A DNA stretch of 64,000 nucleotides from assembly GCA_963756875.1 (NCBI GenBank), contig CAVWPA010000001.1, forward strand, positions 288,001-352,000, given 5' to 3'. The notes under the pieces are model-generated. The model ran no database searches. It had not been told where the DNA came from and was given only the letters and a program-made list of their open reading frames with translations. Origin of the DNA: an uncultured Verrucomicrobiae bacterium. GTDB taxonomy: Bacteria > Verrucomicrobiota > Verrucomicrobiia > Chthoniobacterales > UBA10450. This document shows positions 31,631 to 43,661 of the stretch, piece by piece; position 1 is the stretch's first letter; every line of letters starts with the position of its first letter. The position numbers were made by a program, and so were the translations under genes.

Positions 31631-32749
31631 CTATTTCGGCTTGAGAGATGGAAGCGCCCGGAGGATCAGATTGCCTAACCAGTACGGGTTTACCACGCCC
31701 TGGCGATACGCTTCCAGCGCTTCGACGGAAGAATTCACGTGCAGGTTGCTGTAGGAACCGTCGGCGTTCTCCCAGCGCTCGTGCCAGTAAACTGCCGCTT
31801 TGATCCGGGGATAACGCGTGCGGAAAAGCTCGAAACCCTGCCTGATCCATTGGGCCTTGTTACCCGAGTTCGGAAACTCGCCCACGCCCCATTCCGCGAT
31901 CATGATCGGCTTGTGCGGATCAAGCCGGGACATCTCCTGGTACGGCCAATCAATCAGCGCCGGAATGTTCGCCCACGGTTCGTCATCGAATTGCTTGCCG
32001 TAAACACTTAGTCCGAGCCAGTCGACGTACTCCGGCCCCGGGTAATAAGCCGGCGCGAAGTTCCAGGTATTGTAGGGATAGGAATAGTTATTGGTGTGAA
32101 ACATCCATTTGATGTTGGTGGCGTCACGGGCGCGAACGCGATCGACCACGTGCCTGTACGCGGCTTTGAAGCGTTCCGGGCCTTCCCATCTGTTAGGCTG
32201 TCCGTCGACCGGCTTGTTGCCGCCGTAGTAAATGCCCGACCACGGAAACCAGTCGCCGTTCATCTCATTAGCGAATACAACAACCATCGGCTTGCCGAAT
32301 GCCTTCGCCGCGTCAGCCCACCGGTCGATGTAGTTGTCCCAGTCGCCGGCGATGATTTTATCGAGACTAAACCGGTCGGGACCTTTGTGCTGTTCGTAGG
32401 GCTTGTCCCATGGCGACCAGAAAACCAGCGGCATCGACCCGTGATCCCAAATCACGTTTAAGCTTCGCGTGGGAAAATCCTGTTCGCCCCAGTAGCTGGA
32501 GGAGGCAATGATCGCCTGATGCTTGCCGACCATCGTCTCGAAGTCCTCGATGGTTTCAAGTGTCACGTCCTCTTCTTCTTCGCCGAAATCGATGAAGGCT
32601 CCGGTGTATGCGCCGTGGCTCGGAATAACCACTTCCACGGGCGCGTTTGGATTCAGCGGCGCAGTCGCCGCGCGTTTGTGGCACCCCGCGAGCGCGAAAG
32701 TCGATGCAATCGTTAGAAACGAAACTGCAGCAATTCCACGGGCGCGCAT
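31631..32749 (-). CDS. GH26-family glycoside hydrolase lipoprotein
   Basis: Lipobox LAGC; FANEMNGDWFPW, YYPGPEYVDWLGLSVY, KPIMIAEWG. Confidence 0.88.
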   Translation of the reverse strand: MRARGIAAVSFLTIASTFALAGCHKRAATAPLNPNAPVEVVIPSHGAYTGAFIDFGEEEEDVTLETIEDFETMVGKHQAIIASSSYWGEQDFPTRSLNVIWDHGSMPLVFWSPWDKPYEQHKGPDRFSLDKIIAGDWDNYIDRWADAAKAFGKPMVVVFANEMNGDWFPWSGIYYGGNKPVDGQPNRWEGPERFKAAYRHVVDRVRARDATNIKWMFHTNNYSYPYNTWNFAPAYYPGPEYVDWLGLSVYGKQFDDEPWANIPALIDWPYQEMSRLDPHKPIMIAEWGVGEFPNSGNKAQWIRQGFELFRTRYPRIKAAVYWHERWENADGSYSNLHVNSSVEALEAYRQGVVNPYWLGNLILRALPSLKPK

Positions 32750-32845
32750 TCGGTCGGGAAAGTCTCTGCAAAGCCGGCAACTGTCTAGGAGACTGTTTCT
32801 TTCATTTCTCGCCGCACGGATTTGTGATTCGCTCGAAATGTTGTT

Positions 32846-35116
32846 ATGCCCGAGACCTCAAGAACGCTGATCGCCATTGGCTTTTTCCAACTGTTTGCGA
32901 CCGCCATGCTGATCGGATCGGGCGAACCAAAAGATCTGCAAAGTTCGTTTGTTGTGTCTGCAGTCGTAGCTGCCGAGCATCCGGTGAATCGCTGTTTGCC
33001 GGCAGAAACGCTCGGAGCTGGAGTGGACGGCCATGAGCGAGGCGAATGTGCGCAGATGCTTTCAAACAAAAGCATTGCCGAAATGCTTTCCGCCGGACTG
33101 GGGCCTTTGACATATCGGCTGCGCACGGAGCTGGCAGGCGAGGTATGGCACTGGAATCCTCATGGCAGCTGGAGCGACGGCGCTCACCACTGCGGATACT
33201 GGACATCGGATGACGTTGCCGCGAGTCCGATCGAGGTTTCATACGGTTATCGTTTGCCGCGGCGCGGGAACACGATCGATCAGGCAAACGACGATAACTA
33301 TTCGCGCATCGACGATGGCGACAAAAATTCCTTCTGGAAAAGCAACCCATACCTCGATTCTTCGTTTACGGGAGAATCGGAGCAGGCCCATCCGCAGTGG
33401 GTGGTGATCGATTTAGGTGCGGCCAAGCCGGTTGATTCGGTCCGAATTCATTGGGGCGCGCCGTACGCGCGGCAATATGAAATCGAATATTGGACGGGGA
33501 ACGACCCGATGCATTTGCACATCGATCGCCCGGATGAATGGCGCGCCTTTTCCCAAGGGACAATCAGCCACGGCGTGGGCGGAGACGAGTGCGTTCGACT
33601 CGGCGACCGGCCGATTTCAGTCCAGTTCGTACGGATCGTCATGAATGGCAGTTCGCGCACGGCGATTGGGACGTCGCAGGATGTTCGCGACCGGCTTGGT
33701 TTTGCCATTCGCGAGATCGATGTCGGTACCGTTGACGGTGAGGGCCATTTTCACGACGAAGTCCGTCACGCGTCGGACAGACACAAACAGTCGGTCGTCT
33801 ACGTTTCGTCAACGGATCCCTGGCATCGGGCAACAGACATGGACGAACGAATCGAACAGCCCGGCTTGGATTTTGTTTTGAAAAGCAAATTGACCAATCG
33901 GATGCCGGTCCTTGTGCCGGTCGGTGTTTTGTACGACACGCCCGATAACGCGGCTGCTGAGATTAAATATCTGCTACGGCGAGGATATGCTTTGGAAGGC
34001 GTCGAGCTCGGTGAGGAACCTGACGGGCAATGGGTTTCCCCGGAAGATTACGCGGCGCTGTATGCCGAGGTGGCCCACCGGCTCCGGCCGTTGGATGCGC
34101 GGTTGAAACTGGGAGGCCCGAGTCTCCAGAATTTCCAATCCCATCTGCTCACGTGGCGGGACGCTTCCGGCAACCGCTCGTGGATGAACCGGTTTCTGGC
34201 TTACATTCACGCCCAAGGCTGCCCATTCCAGTTTTTCTCATTCGAATATTATCCCTTTGACGATGTTTGTGCGGATGCGGCGGCGCAGTTGTTGCAAGTT
34301 CCAACGCGCCTTGCCGAGATGATGTCCGATTTGCACGAGGACGGTGTCCCTTCTCAGATACCGTGGTTCATGACGGAATACGGTTACTCGGTTTTTGCGG
34401 GACGTCCTGAAGTGGACATGGAAGGGGCTCTTTTCAATGCGGATGCAGTCGGCTCGTTTCTTACGCTCGGCGGCAGCAGAGCTTATTTGTACGGCTACGA
34501 ACCGAATTATCTATTGGACGAGTTGAAGTGTTCCTGGGGCAACCTCATGATGCTCCAGTTAAATGGAAAGAGCGACCGACCGAACCGCCTGGCGAGTTAC
34601 TATGGCGCGCAACTGGTCGCCGAAGAATGGATGCAACCGGCGCGTGAATTGCACGAAATATACCGGGTTGACGTTGAGGGAAGCGACGCCGCGCTTCCAC
34701 AGGCGGTCAGCGTTTATGCCCTGCGGCGGCCCGACAGTCACTGGGCGATCCTTGCGATCAACAAGGACCCTGTACGGTCGGCGCAACTGCATTTGAGATT
34801 CAAATTGTCTGGCGCGCAGCCATCGGTTTCGCTCGCGGGCAAAGTCGATGCCTTTCAATTTTGCCGCCGACAATACGTCTGGTGCGATGACGGAGAGAAT
34901 GGACATCCGATACGAAGCGAACCCCCAGCGCATTCACTGCGTCCGGCTTCGGCGTCTTACGAGTTACCGCCTTACTCCCTCACTGTTTTGCGCGGAAAAC
35001 TGCCGGGATCTTCGCCGCGTCACGCGCGCACCGGGACCGATGCAGTGCGCTCTAATTTACCCCAGCTTACCCACGCTCCTTTGACCCCGAGAAGGACAGC
35101 TTTCCAGATGCAGTAG
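32846..35116 (+). CDS. Secreted clan GH-A-like glycoside hydrolase with inserted F5/8 type C (discoidin/CBM32) domain
   Basis: [57 protein letters not shown]; ends in [12 protein letters not shown]. Confidence 0.75.
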   Translation: MPETSRTLIAIGFFQLFATAMLIGSGEPKDLQSSFVVSAVVAAEHPVNRCLPAETLGAGVDGHERGECAQMLSNKSIAEMLSAGLGPLTYRLRTELAGEVWHWNPHGSWSDGAHHCGYWTSDDVAASPIEVSYGYRLPRRGNTIDQANDDNYSRIDDGDKNSFWKSNPYLDSSFTGESEQAHPQWVVIDLGAAKPVDSVRIHWGAPYARQYEIEYWTGNDPMHLHIDRPDEWRAFSQGTISHGVGGDECVRLGDRPISVQFVRIVMNGSSRTAIGTSQDVRDRLGFAIREIDVGTVDGEGHFHDEVRHASDRHKQSVVYVSSTDPWHRATDMDERIEQPGLDFVLKSKLTNRMPVLVPVGVLYDTPDNAAAEIKYLLRRGYALEGVELGEEPDGQWVSPEDYAALYAEVAHRLRPLDARLKLGGPSLQNFQSHLLTWRDASGNRSWMNRFLAYIHAQGCPFQFFSFEYYPFDDVCADAAAQLLQVPTRLAEMMSDLHEDGVPSQIPWFMTEYGYSVFAGRPEVDMEGALFNADAVGSFLTLGGSRAYLYGYEPNYLLDELKCSWGNLMMLQLNGKSDRPNRLASYYGAQLVAEEWMQPARELHEIYRVDVEGSDAALPQAVSVYALRRPDSHWAILAINKDPVRSAQLHLRFKLSGAQPSVSLAGKVDAFQFCRRQYVWCDDGENGHPIRSEPPAHSLRPASASYELPPYSLTVLRGKLPGSSPRHARTGTDAVRSNLPQLTHAPLTPRRTAFQMQ

Positions 35117-38100
35117 CTGAGCATCGGGCGGTAAATCAGGCGCATCGGCAAAATTCGCCATGCGCGGCTGATCGGTTCGCGTTCAAGAATGCAGGCAAGC
35201 GTGGCGAGAAACACGTCCATCGCCAAAAACGTGATGACGAATGGGAGCACGGCGCGCCAAATGCCGAACGGAAGCGACGCGAGGAGAAACAAATCCACCA
35301 TTGGTGTCACGGCGACGAGAATGATTTGGAAAAACCAGACGCTGGGCAAACTGAACCAGCCCAGCGCGCGATAATTCCAGTTGAAGACCATGTCGCGATG
35401 TTTCCAAAGACATTGCAGAGTGCCGTAGGCCCAGCGGAATCGTTGGCGCGCCAGCGTGCGCACGGTTTCCGGAGCCTCTGTCCACGCAACTGCTTCCGGC
35501 ACGTAAACGATCCGTTGTCGATCCTTATGCAACGCCAGGGTCAAGTCGGTATCTTCGGCAAGCGTTTCCAAGCTCAGCCCGCCGGTCTGATCGATTGCGC
35601 TTTTGCGGATCGCACTGATCGCCCCGGGCACCACAGTGATGCAATTCCATCGTGTGTACGCGCGCCGGTCGAGATTGAAGCCGCAGGTGTATTCGAGCGC
35701 CTGACAGCGAGCGATGAAACTCCTCAGATTACCAACTTTGGCGTGACCCGAGACCGCGCCGACGGTGGGGTCAGCGAGCGGTTCGAGCAACCGCGAAATC
35801 GTATCCCGCTGAAAATGCGTGTCGGCATCGATAAAAACGACAACACCGTGGCGCACGGCCGCGAGCGCGCGCTGCAGGGCGCGCGCTTTTCCGCGGTTCT
35901 CCTGTTGCAGGAAACGAACGCGCGAGTCCGCGTCCGCGACGCGCTGAACTTCTTCGGCAGTGTTGTCGGCAGAGCCGTCATCGACAACGATCACTTCGAG
36001 TTCGCCTCTGTAGTCCGTGTCGAGCAGTGACCGCAGAGTGCCGGCAATCACTTTTCCTTCGTTATAAGCGGCCATCACCACGCTCGCGGGTTCGGCGAAA
36101 TCGGCTCTCGGCGAACGACGGAAACGATACGCCAGCCAGACAACAACCAGCGTCCGCACCACCACCAGGGCCGTCGCCACGATCATGAACGCCCACAAAA
36201 ATTCCTCCAGCGCATGCAAAATTCGAAACCCGGTGCCGCTGACAAAGCGATTGAGAGAACGGGCATTGCCTTGGAGTGGCGGCATGACTTCGTCGCGCGT
36301 CAGCCCAAGCAGAGTGCTCAACGGCACAATCGTGTCCCCACGCGTGTGCAGCCAATCAAGAATCTTTGGCAGGGCGGCGACAGTTTGCGACCGGTCGCCT
36401 CCAGCGTCGTGCAGCAAAATAATGTTCCCGTCCCGACGTTGCTGCTTTATCCGCCGGAGGATGATGTCGGCGCCGGGCTTGGCCCAGTCCTGCGGATCGA
36501 TGTTCTCGAGGACGCAGAGGTAATTGAGGTCCTGCGCAATTTTCAGCGGCACGAGCTCGCTCATTTGCGATGGGCTTGTATCCGCTCCATACGGCGGACG
36601 AAATAGGGTGGTGGAGCGACCGGTAATTGTTTGGATCAAAAGCTGCGTCGCGTTCAATTCCAGTCGCACATGCTCCGGCCAGCACAGCGCCAGGTTCGGA
36701 TGATAGTAAGTATGGTTCCCGATCTCGTGGCCTTCGTCGACGATGCGCTTGACCAGGCCGGGATAGCGCTCGGCATTCACGCCCACGAGAAAAAAAGTGG
36801 CCTTCACATGAGCCGCCTTCAAAATATCGAGAACCTGCGGCGTCCATTGCAAGCTCGGACCGTCGTCGAATGTGATCGCGACCTCATGCTCGCTCCCTGC
36901 GCCCTGATGATACAGGGTGGGAAACTCAGGGAACTTCGTGTAATTGGCGGTCAGATATCCGGCGGTATCGACAGCCAGATGGCGCATCCCGTCCGACCGG
37001 CTTTCATCGACGGTAACAATTTCTCCATCCCCGACATCCGTAATGGTCTCGGTGCCTTGAAGGACCTCGAGTGCTTTTCGTGTGCTGGCGTTAATCTTGA
37101 AATCGTGCGGCACGTTCAGCGCGTCCCAGATCGCCGTGTCTTCGGTGCCGAGCCGGTAGATCGCAAATCCGCCGGCCTTTTCGTCGCGAACTTCGCGCAG
37201 TTGATTCAGAAAGGTGATGACGTCGAGAAACGAGACTGTGTGCACCTTGTCACCGTCCTGGTAATCAAACGTCGGATTGTAATCGGGCGCCGCGACTGAC
37301 ACCGAACCGACCTCGGCGCTGCTGGCCCGGCTCATCGCTTCCGGAAAACTGATCAACTCGGCTTTTTTTGCTCCCTCCGTCCAGTCATAACCGTACTCGC
37401 CCAGAGCGATGATCCATTGTTTGGGGTCGGTGTCCTCCAGCAGAACGTGCATCCAGCCTTCGAACCAGGAACGCGATCCGAGCGGTCCAGGAGAGTCGTT
37501 ATCGGAGGTCTCGTCGAAAAGCATCGCCACGAAGCGGTCGACATTGTCGGACAAATCGTCGAAGTCGATGTAGTTCAACTCCTCTCCCGGTTCGACACAG
37601 AGCCACAATTGTTTCCCGTCGGCGTGCAGCGCGTCTGCAAATTTATCGATGAACGCGGTGATATCTTTTTTGTAGCTCGGATCGATCTGTTCCCAATCGA
37701 CCACTACGCCGGCTGCCTTCGCGTCGCGCAGGACCGAAAGCACTTTGTTGATGAAACGTTCCTGGCGGTCCGCCGGACCATGCGCAAGATTTTCGACCGC
37801 CTCCGGTTGCCAGGTGTCGCCGACAAGATTCGTGAGGAGGGGCATCAGTGCGATCCCCTTGCTGGCGGCAAATTTCGGAAGACGATTATCGGCGTCGATT
37901 TGCAAATCGCCCAGGCCATTGACCACTGCCATCCATTCGGGACAAACGTGCGTGATCTGTGCCGCGTGTTGCTCGAGCGACGAATAACTGTACGGATCGC
38001 CGTTTGTGTAAAACGCCAGCCGCACCTCGTTGTTCGGCATTTTTCGACGAGGTTTCGCGGGCGTAGCTGTCGCTTGTCCGGTAAGTTTCCTGGCAGCCTG

Positions 38101-38382
38101 GCGCGCGGCTGCAAATTTTCGCCACAGCAACGAAGCCGGTGAAACCGCTGCCTGCCCGGCCGGGTTCGCCTTTTGCAGAGATTTCAGCTGCCCTTTCAAC
38201 TGGCGCAACGAAAACGGCACGCGCAATTTCGGCGCCACAAAGAGCGTTTGCACGAAGAGCACCGTCCCCAGGAAGGCGAGCACGCTCAGAATGAGCAAGG
38301 CCAGCCGCAGCCGGGGCCAGCGTTTGCCGGCCGGGTCGGAAAAGACGAAGGGCGTCAGCCCGTCTGGAGGAACCTCAGGCAT
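35020..38382 (-). CDS. Trifunctional GH18-like / polysaccharide deacetylase (NodB, CE4) / processive GT2
   Basis: [55 protein letters not shown]. Confidence 0.92.
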   Translation of the reverse strand: MPEVPPDGLTPFVFSDPAGKRWPRLRLALLILSVLAFLGTVLFVQTLFVAPKLRVPFSLRQLKGQLKSLQKANPAGQAAVSPASLLWRKFAAARQAARKLTGQATATPAKPRRKMPNNEVRLAFYTNGDPYSYSSLEQHAAQITHVCPEWMAVVNGLGDLQIDADNRLPKFAASKGIALMPLLTNLVGDTWQPEAVENLAHGPADRQERFINKVLSVLRDAKAAGVVVDWEQIDPSYKKDITAFIDKFADALHADGKQLWLCVEPGEELNYIDFDDLSDNVDRFVAMLFDETSDNDSPGPLGSRSWFEGWMHVLLEDTDPKQWIIALGEYGYDWTEGAKKAELISFPEAMSRASSAEVGSVSVAAPDYNPTFDYQDGDKVHTVSFLDVITFLNQLREVRDEKAGGFAIYRLGTEDTAIWDALNVPHDFKINASTRKALEVLQGTETITDVGDGEIVTVDESRSDGMRHLAVDTAGYLTANYTKFPEFPTLYHQGAGSEHEVAITFDDGPSLQWTPQVLDILKAAHVKATFFLVGVNAERYPGLVKRIVDEGHEIGNHTYYHPNLALCWPEHVRLELNATQLLIQTITGRSTTLFRPPYGADTSPSQMSELVPLKIAQDLNYLCVLENIDPQDWAKPGADIILRRIKQQRRDGNIILLHDAGGDRSQTVAALPKILDWLHTRGDTIVPLSTLLGLTRDEVMPPLQGNARSLNRFVSGTGFRILHALEEFLWAFMIVATALVVVRTLVVVWLAYRFRRSPRADFAEPASVVMAAYNEGKVIAGTLRSLLDTDYRGELEVIVVDDGSADNTAEEVQRVADADSRVRFLQQENRGKARALQRALAAVRHGVVVFIDADTHFQRDTISRLLEPLADPTVGAVSGHAKVGNLRSFIARCQALEYTCGFNLDRRAYTRWNCITVVPGAISAIRKSAIDQTGGLSLETLAEDTDLTLALHKDRQRIVYVPEAVAWTEAPETVRTLARQRFRWAYGTLQCLWKHRDMVFNWNYRALGWFSLPSVWFFQIILVAVTPMVDLFLLASLPFGIWRAVLPFVITFLAMDVFLATLACILEREPISRAWRILPMRLIYRPMLSYCIWKAVLLGVKGAWVSWGKLERTASVPVRA

Positions 38383-38584
38383 GGAAGCCGCCTACCATCG
38401 TTCAAGCGCGGCAAGAAGAAAATCCCATTCTTTCGGCCTTTGTTCTCCTCTTAATCCTGCTCGTGCTCATGATCTTGATCGTCGTTCCAGTACAATGTCC
38501 GAGCATTGGACGTGGAATGCTGGGACTTAATCAAATAGGACGAGATTTATCCGGATCGATGGATGCGACGGTCGTAGACCGCCG

Positions 38585-39865
38585 CTACAGAAGAGTACGC
38601 GCGAGGTCGCCCGCCTTCTTTCGCACCAATTCCGCTGCGTGCTTTATCTGCTCCTGCTTGCTCATTCCCGAATCTGAGAGCGCATACACGCCATCGAAAA
38701 GGCCGCGAACTTCCCGGTCCTCGGTGGCACGGCCCACGATTGCCATGACGCGCTTATCAAGTTTCCGAGCAAGCTGCGCCACGCCCGCCGGCGTTTTTCC
38801 CTCCAAAGTCTGTCGATCCAGGCTTCCTTCGCCCGTGATGACCACGTCGGCGCTTTTCACTTTCGATTCGAAGTCGATCGATTTAGCGATCACGTTAAAA
38901 CCGGGACGAATTTTGGCGCCGCAAAAACTCATCAGCCCGAATCCGAGCCCGCCGGCGGCTCCGGCGCCTGGCTCGTTGCGATAATCGATCCCAAATTCCT
39001 TTGTGACGACGTCCGCCAGTTTCGTGAGCGCGGCTTCCAATACATCGATCGTGGCATTCGTTACGCCTTTTTGCGGACCGTACACTCGCGTTGCGCCATT
39101 CTCTCCGAGCAACGGATTACGTACATCAACCGCGGCGACGATTTTCGGCAGTGATGGATGGATTACGCCTAACGGGTTGCCCTCACCTTCATCTTCTCCC
39201 GGGCCCACTCCTTTTGCCCTCACTGGTTCGGCGGTTGCCGAATCCGTCTCTCCCGTTGGGAGAGAGGGGAGAGGAGGGGCAGCCTTTCGTCCCGCAGACG
39301 TGGGACTACGGCCCGGCAAGCGCGAAGCGCCGGGTGAGGGTCTCACGATGTGGGTAAGCGTCTGCAATTCGCTTATTTCTCCGCTCAACTCGTTGTCTCC
39401 GGCGAAAAATTGAAAACCCAACGCACGCGCCATTCCAAATCCGCCATCATTTGTGGCGCTGCCGCCAAGGCCGATGATGATTTCGAGAGCGCCGCGATGA
39501 GCGGCTCCCAAAATCATTTCTCCCACCCCGAACGTGTTCGCGCGAATCGGATCGCGTTCGCTTTCAGTAAGCCTTCGCATACCGGCGGCCTCGCTCATCT
39601 CGATGATCGCCAGCTTTTTATTGTCGATGTACGCGTAGCGCGCTTCGATCTCGCGGCTGAGCGGATCGTGCGCTTTGCATTTCAACCAGGAGCCACCGAG
39701 CGCCTCACAAATCACTTCCGCTGTTCCTTCGCCGCCATCCGCCATCGGTGCCATGTCGATCCTTGCGTCCGGTAAAACTTCGCGCAGCCCGGCTGCAATA
39801 TTTTCCGCAACTTCACGCGCGCTGAGCGAGCCTTTGAATTTATCCGGGGCGATTAATATTTTCAT
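38585..39865 (-). CDS. glxK: Glycerate kinase with ~55-aa internal insertion
   Basis: MKILIAPDKFKGSL, ADGGEGT, GLGGSATNDGG, DVRNPLLG, GAGAAGGLG, ITGEGSLDRQTLEGK. Confidence 0.95.
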   Translation of the reverse strand: MKILIAPDKFKGSLSAREVAENIAAGLREVLPDARIDMAPMADGGEGTAEVICEALGGSWLKCKAHDPLSREIEARYAYIDNKKLAIIEMSEAAGMRRLTESERDPIRANTFGVGEMILGAAHRGALEIIIGLGGSATNDGGFGMARALGFQFFAGDNELSGEISELQTLTHIVRPSPGASRLPGRSPTSAGRKAAPPLPSLPTGETDSATAEPVRAKGVGPGEDEGEGNPLGVIHPSLPKIVAAVDVRNPLLGENGATRVYGPQKGVTNATIDVLEAALTKLADVVTKEFGIDYRNEPGAGAAGGLGFGLMSFCGAKIRPGFNVIAKSIDFESKVKSADVVITGEGSLDRQTLEGKTPAGVAQLARKLDKRVMAIVGRATEDREVRGLFDGVYALSDSGMSKQEQIKHAAELVRKKAGDLARTLL

Positions 39866-39963
39866 TAGGCAGGGACGCACCTCCGGGGCGTCCGTCGAAT
39901 TCTAGACGCAAATTAGTCTGACTTCGGCGTTGGGCGTTGGATGTTGAGCGTTCGGCGTTTTCT

Positions 39964-41418
39964 TCAGCCTTTCAACTTTCGCTCCAGAATCTCCCCCACC
40001 AACTGCGGATTGGCTTTGCCTTTCGACAGCTTCATCACCTGGCCCTTTAGAAAATTCAGCGAGGCCGCATTGCCCGCCTTGAAATCGGCCGCTGGTTTCG
40101 GGTTCGCTGCAATCACATCGTCACACAGTTTTTCAATCGCGCCCGTGTCGCTCAATTGCTCGATCCCTTTCTCCTTCACGATGGCGGCCGCGCGTTTGCC
40201 GCTGGCGAACATTTCGGCAAAAACGTCTTTTGCCTGTTTGCCGCTGATTTTTCCGCTCTCGATCAAGTTGACCAGCTCATCGAGCGCTTCCGGAGGGACC
40301 GGACAATCGTCGATTGTTTTGCCGGCCGTGCTGAGTGCGTTTTGCAAATCGTTCAGAATCCAGTTGGCGACATTTTTCGGTTTCCTTGCCTTTTTCGCGG
40401 CGGACTCAAAATAGCGCGCCAGATCGAGATCATCCGCCAGCACGCCGGCGTCGTAGGCGCTCACTTGATATTGCTCCACAAAACGAGCGCGCTTGGCTTT
40501 TGGCAATTCCGGGACGCGCGCCCGCGCATCCGCCAGCAGCACTTCGCTTTTCACCGGCACAAGATCCGGATCGGGAAAATAGCGATAATCGTGCGCGGAT
40601 TCTTTCGTGCGCATGAGAAACGTCTCGCCGGCAGCGTCGTCCCAGCCGCGCGTTTCCTGTTCGAGTTTCTCGCCGCGCTCAATCGCCGCTCCCTGCCGCT
40701 GGATCTCATAAGCGAGCGCGCGCCGCACGCCGCTGATCGAGTTCATGTTTTTGATCTCAATTTTCGCGCCAAGCTCCGCCTGCTTTTCCGGACGCACCGA
40801 TACATTGCAATCGCACCGGAGCTGGCCTTTCTCCATATCGGCGTCGCTCACTGCGCCGTAGATCAAAATCTGTTTTAGCGACGTGAGAAACGCGAACGCT
40901 TCTTCCGGTGAATTGATTTCCGGCTGTGTCACGATCTCCATCAACGGCGTGCCGGCCCGGTTAAAATCGATCCCCGTGCTCGATTCGAAGTGGAAACTTT
41001 TCGCCACGTCTTCCTCGAGATGGATGCGCACAAGCGGCACTTCCTTTCCCGGTGTGGCGATGTTTTTCTGCGCGTCCTTTGGATAAGCCAGATCATGCAA
41101 CGGGACAGTGCCATTGGTGCAAAACGGCATGTCGTACTGAGAAATCTGATAATTTTTCGGCATGTCCGGATAAAAATAATTCTTCCGATCGAACTTGCAG
41201 ATCGGCGCGATATCGCAACCGAGCATGAGCCCGGTTAGCACAGTCATGCGCAGGGCTTCATGATTCATGACCGGCAGCGCGCCCGGCAGGCCGAGACAGG
41301 TCGGACAAGTATGAGTGTTCGGGGCGGCTCCGAATTCCACCGGGCACATGCAGAACATCTTGGAGCGGGTCTTCAGTTGCACGTGCACTTCCAACCCGAT
41401 GGTCGCGATGTAATTCAT
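39964..41418 (-). CDS. gatB: Asp/Glu-tRNA amidotransferase subunit B
   Basis: IGLEVHVQL, FDRKNYFYPD, DFNRAGTPLMEIV, EIKNMNS, YRYFPDPDL, GKANP. Confidence 0.98.
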   Translation of the reverse strand: MNYIATIGLEVHVQLKTRSKMFCMCPVEFGAAPNTHTCPTCLGLPGALPVMNHEALRMTVLTGLMLGCDIAPICKFDRKNYFYPDMPKNYQISQYDMPFCTNGTVPLHDLAYPKDAQKNIATPGKEVPLVRIHLEEDVAKSFHFESSTGIDFNRAGTPLMEIVTQPEINSPEEAFAFLTSLKQILIYGAVSDADMEKGQLRCDCNVSVRPEKQAELGAKIEIKNMNSISGVRRALAYEIQRQGAAIERGEKLEQETRGWDDAAGETFLMRTKESAHDYRYFPDPDLVPVKSEVLLADARARVPELPKAKRARFVEQYQVSAYDAGVLADDLDLARYFESAAKKARKPKNVANWILNDLQNALSTAGKTIDDCPVPPEALDELVNLIESGKISGKQAKDVFAEMFASGKRAAAIVKEKGIEQLSDTGAIEKLCDDVIAANPKPAADFKAGNAASLNFLKGQVMKLSKGKANPQLVGEILERKLKG

Positions 41419-42389
41419 TGCGATGGATTTTGCTGCGCCGCGTAGTCCAGCGCCCGCTCCAGATCGAATTGTTTAAGTCGTCTGGCCAGCTCCGGATCGT
41501 TGGCCGCCGCGATGATCTTGTCGTTGTGTAAAAGTTCGACCAATTGACCCTGTCTGATCATTCGTTGAATCTCCGGGTCGTCGCGCAAGGCCACGATTTT
41601 TGGGTCCTGGCTTAGCTCTCGCGCTCCCGGAAAAGAAAGGAAGCGCTCCGCGTTTTGAGGACTGGAAACCACCTGGCCGAGCTTGCCAAGCATTTCATAT
41701 TTTTTTCCCGGGACAGGGTCCGCCTGTTTCACAATCTGGCCGATCGTCCCCATCTCCAGCGAATTCTTCAGGCGCGCCAACGACGTCATGAGCGAGGTTG
41801 AATCGTCATCCCTCCATTCACCGAGAGAATGACGGCGGACGTCGACGGCGTGAATCACTTCCGCTTCCTCACCGGCTGGAGATGCGGACTGCTTCCTGAC
41901 CTGAGCGTTCGCCACGGCGCCGAGCGATCGCACGCCGACCACAACCACCCAGACGAGAAATGTACCGAAGAAAAGTCCAAGCGCCGCGCCGCCGACACCG
42001 TAAAGCAAGCGCATCAGTGCCGAGTCTTGCTGCCAGGTGCGTTTAAACAGAATGCTGCCGATGGCATTGATCACGACATAGAACACAAGCGCCAGGGCCG
42101 CGCCGGCCAGAATGACGAGGACAATGTCTGGTAGTTTGAAGAATGGCCGCCACAGCGGCGCGATGAATTTGCCGCCGAACAGGCCGGCGAAATAGGCGGC
42201 GAACAGCGCGCCGAGCCGGGTGAATTGACGCGCCACTCCGCGCCTCCAGCCGCGCAGCACCTCAAACAAGATCAACGCGATCGCAAACGAGAGGAAAACG
42301 AGTTGCCATAAAGGCGAGCCGGCGGCCGCATGGAGTTCTGGTGAAGGGCTTGCCAGAGGAGGAACAGAAATCTGCACGTGGGAATTCAC
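41415..42389 (-). CDS. CvpA (colicin V production) family membrane protein
   Basis: LRGWRRG motif, four TM helices, GGAALGLFFG; stop overlaps the gatB start. Confidence 0.75.
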   Translation of the reverse strand: MNSHVQISVPPLASPSPELHAAAGSPLWQLVFLSFAIALILFEVLRGWRRGVARQFTRLGALFAAYFAGLFGGKFIAPLWRPFFKLPDIVLVILAGAALALVFYVVINAIGSILFKRTWQQDSALMRLLYGVGGAALGLFFGTFLVWVVVVGVRSLGAVANAQVRKQSASPAGEEAEVIHAVDVRRHSLGEWRDDDSTSLMTSLARLKNSLEMGTIGQIVKQADPVPGKKYEMLGKLGQVVSSPQNAERFLSFPGARELSQDPKIVALRDDPEIQRMIRQGQLVELLHNDKIIAAANDPELARRLKQFDLERALDYAAQQNPSQ

Positions 42390-42399
42390 CTTATGTCGT

Positions 42400-43485
42400 T
42401 TACGAAAACGAGATCGCGCGCTGGCGCAACGCGTGATCGCACAGAACCAGCGCCGCCATTGCTTCCACCATGGGAACCGCCCGGGGAAGTACGCAAGGGT
42501 CATGGCGCCCGCGCGCGGCCAGCGTGGTCGCTTTTTTCGAAGCCAGCACCGTTTTTTGTTCACGGGAGATGGTCGCCGTCGGTTTGAATGCAATACGGAA
42601 ATAAATTTCTTCGCCGTTCGAGATTCCGCCCTGAATTCCACCGGAATAATTTGTGGTTGTCCGGACCCGGCCGCCGCGGACTTCGAATGGATCGTTATGC
42701 GTGGAGCCTTTCATGCGCGTCGCAGAGAAACCGGATCCGATTTCAAAGCCCTTGGTCGCGGGCAAGCTCAACATCGCCTTTGCCAGATCGGCCTCGAGTT
42801 TATCAAAGACCGGCTCACCAAGGCCGGCGGGTGCGTTGCGCACGACGCATTCGATCACTCCGCCTAACGAATCACCCGCCGCGCGCGTTTTCTCGATCAG
42901 CGATATCATTTTCTTCGCTGCGGCGTTGTCCGGGCAACGCACAATATTTGCGTCGACATTCTTCCGGGTCACTTTCGACCGGTCGACCTTCGTCGCGATC
43001 TCGTGGATTTCCGCGACGTACGCGACGATCTCGGTCCCCGGATGAAGTTTCTCCAAAACTTTTCGCGCAACTGCGGCGGCAGCGACGCGGCCGATCGTTT
43101 CGCGCGCCGATGCACGACCGCCTCCCTGCCAGTTTCGAATTCCGTATTTGGCCTGGTAGGTGAAATCGGCGTGTGACGGCCGAAACTTTTTCGCGACCTC
43201 GGCATAATCCTCCGGCCGGGCGTCCTTGTTGCGAACTAAGATCGAAATAGGCGTTCCCAGCGCTTTGCCATCGAAAACGCCCGAAAGAATTTCGCAGCGA
43301 TCTTCTTCTTTGCGCTGCGTGGTGATTTTGCTCTGGCCGGGGCGACGCCGATCCAGCTCGCGTTGGATTTCCGCTTCGCTGATGTCGACCATCGGCGGAC
43401 AGCCATCGATTACTACGCCGACGCCGCCCCCGTGGGACTCGCCGAACGTGGTAATGCGAAAAAGCTGGCCAAAGGTGTTGCCCAT
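42400..43485 (-). CDS. aroC: Chorismate synthase
   Basis: [44 protein letters not shown]. Confidence 0.98.
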   Translation of the reverse strand: MGNTFGQLFRITTFGESHGGGVGVVIDGCPPMVDISEAEIQRELDRRRPGQSKITTQRKEEDRCEILSGVFDGKALGTPISILVRNKDARPEDYAEVAKKFRPSHADFTYQAKYGIRNWQGGGRASARETIGRVAAAAVARKVLEKLHPGTEIVAYVAEIHEIATKVDRSKVTRKNVDANIVRCPDNAAAKKMISLIEKTRAAGDSLGGVIECVVRNAPAGLGEPVFDKLEADLAKAMLSLPATKGFEIGSGFSATRMKGSTHNDPFEVRGGRVRTTTNYSGGIQGGISNGEEIYFRIAFKPTATISREQKTVLASKKATTLAARGRHDPCVLPRAVPMVEAMAALVLCDHALRQRAISFS

Positions 43486-43535
43486 GGTGGCGCAAAGTTA
43501 AATCGCCGACGCGTATTCACAATGCCGGATTCCAA

Positions 43536-43657
43536 TCCGGGGAGCGCACGCGCCTCGCGTGCCGGTTTCGGCGCCTCGCCGAAACAATCTTCGACAAAGT
43601 TCGCAACCCCGAAAGCGTTCGGGGTCGCCAGCACGCGAGGCGCGTGCGCTCCCCGGA
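43536..43657. repeat. REP-like composite palindrome
   Basis: TCCGGGGAGCGCACGCGCCTCGCGTGC ... GCACGCGAGGCGCGTGCGCTCCCCGGA with two internal hairpins. Confidence 0.88.
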
Positions 43658-43661
43658 GAGA

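Noticed and set aside
39180..39340. Intein or intron in glycerate kinase
   Set aside because: No Cys/Ser start with His-Asn end, too short, and no group I/II intron features.
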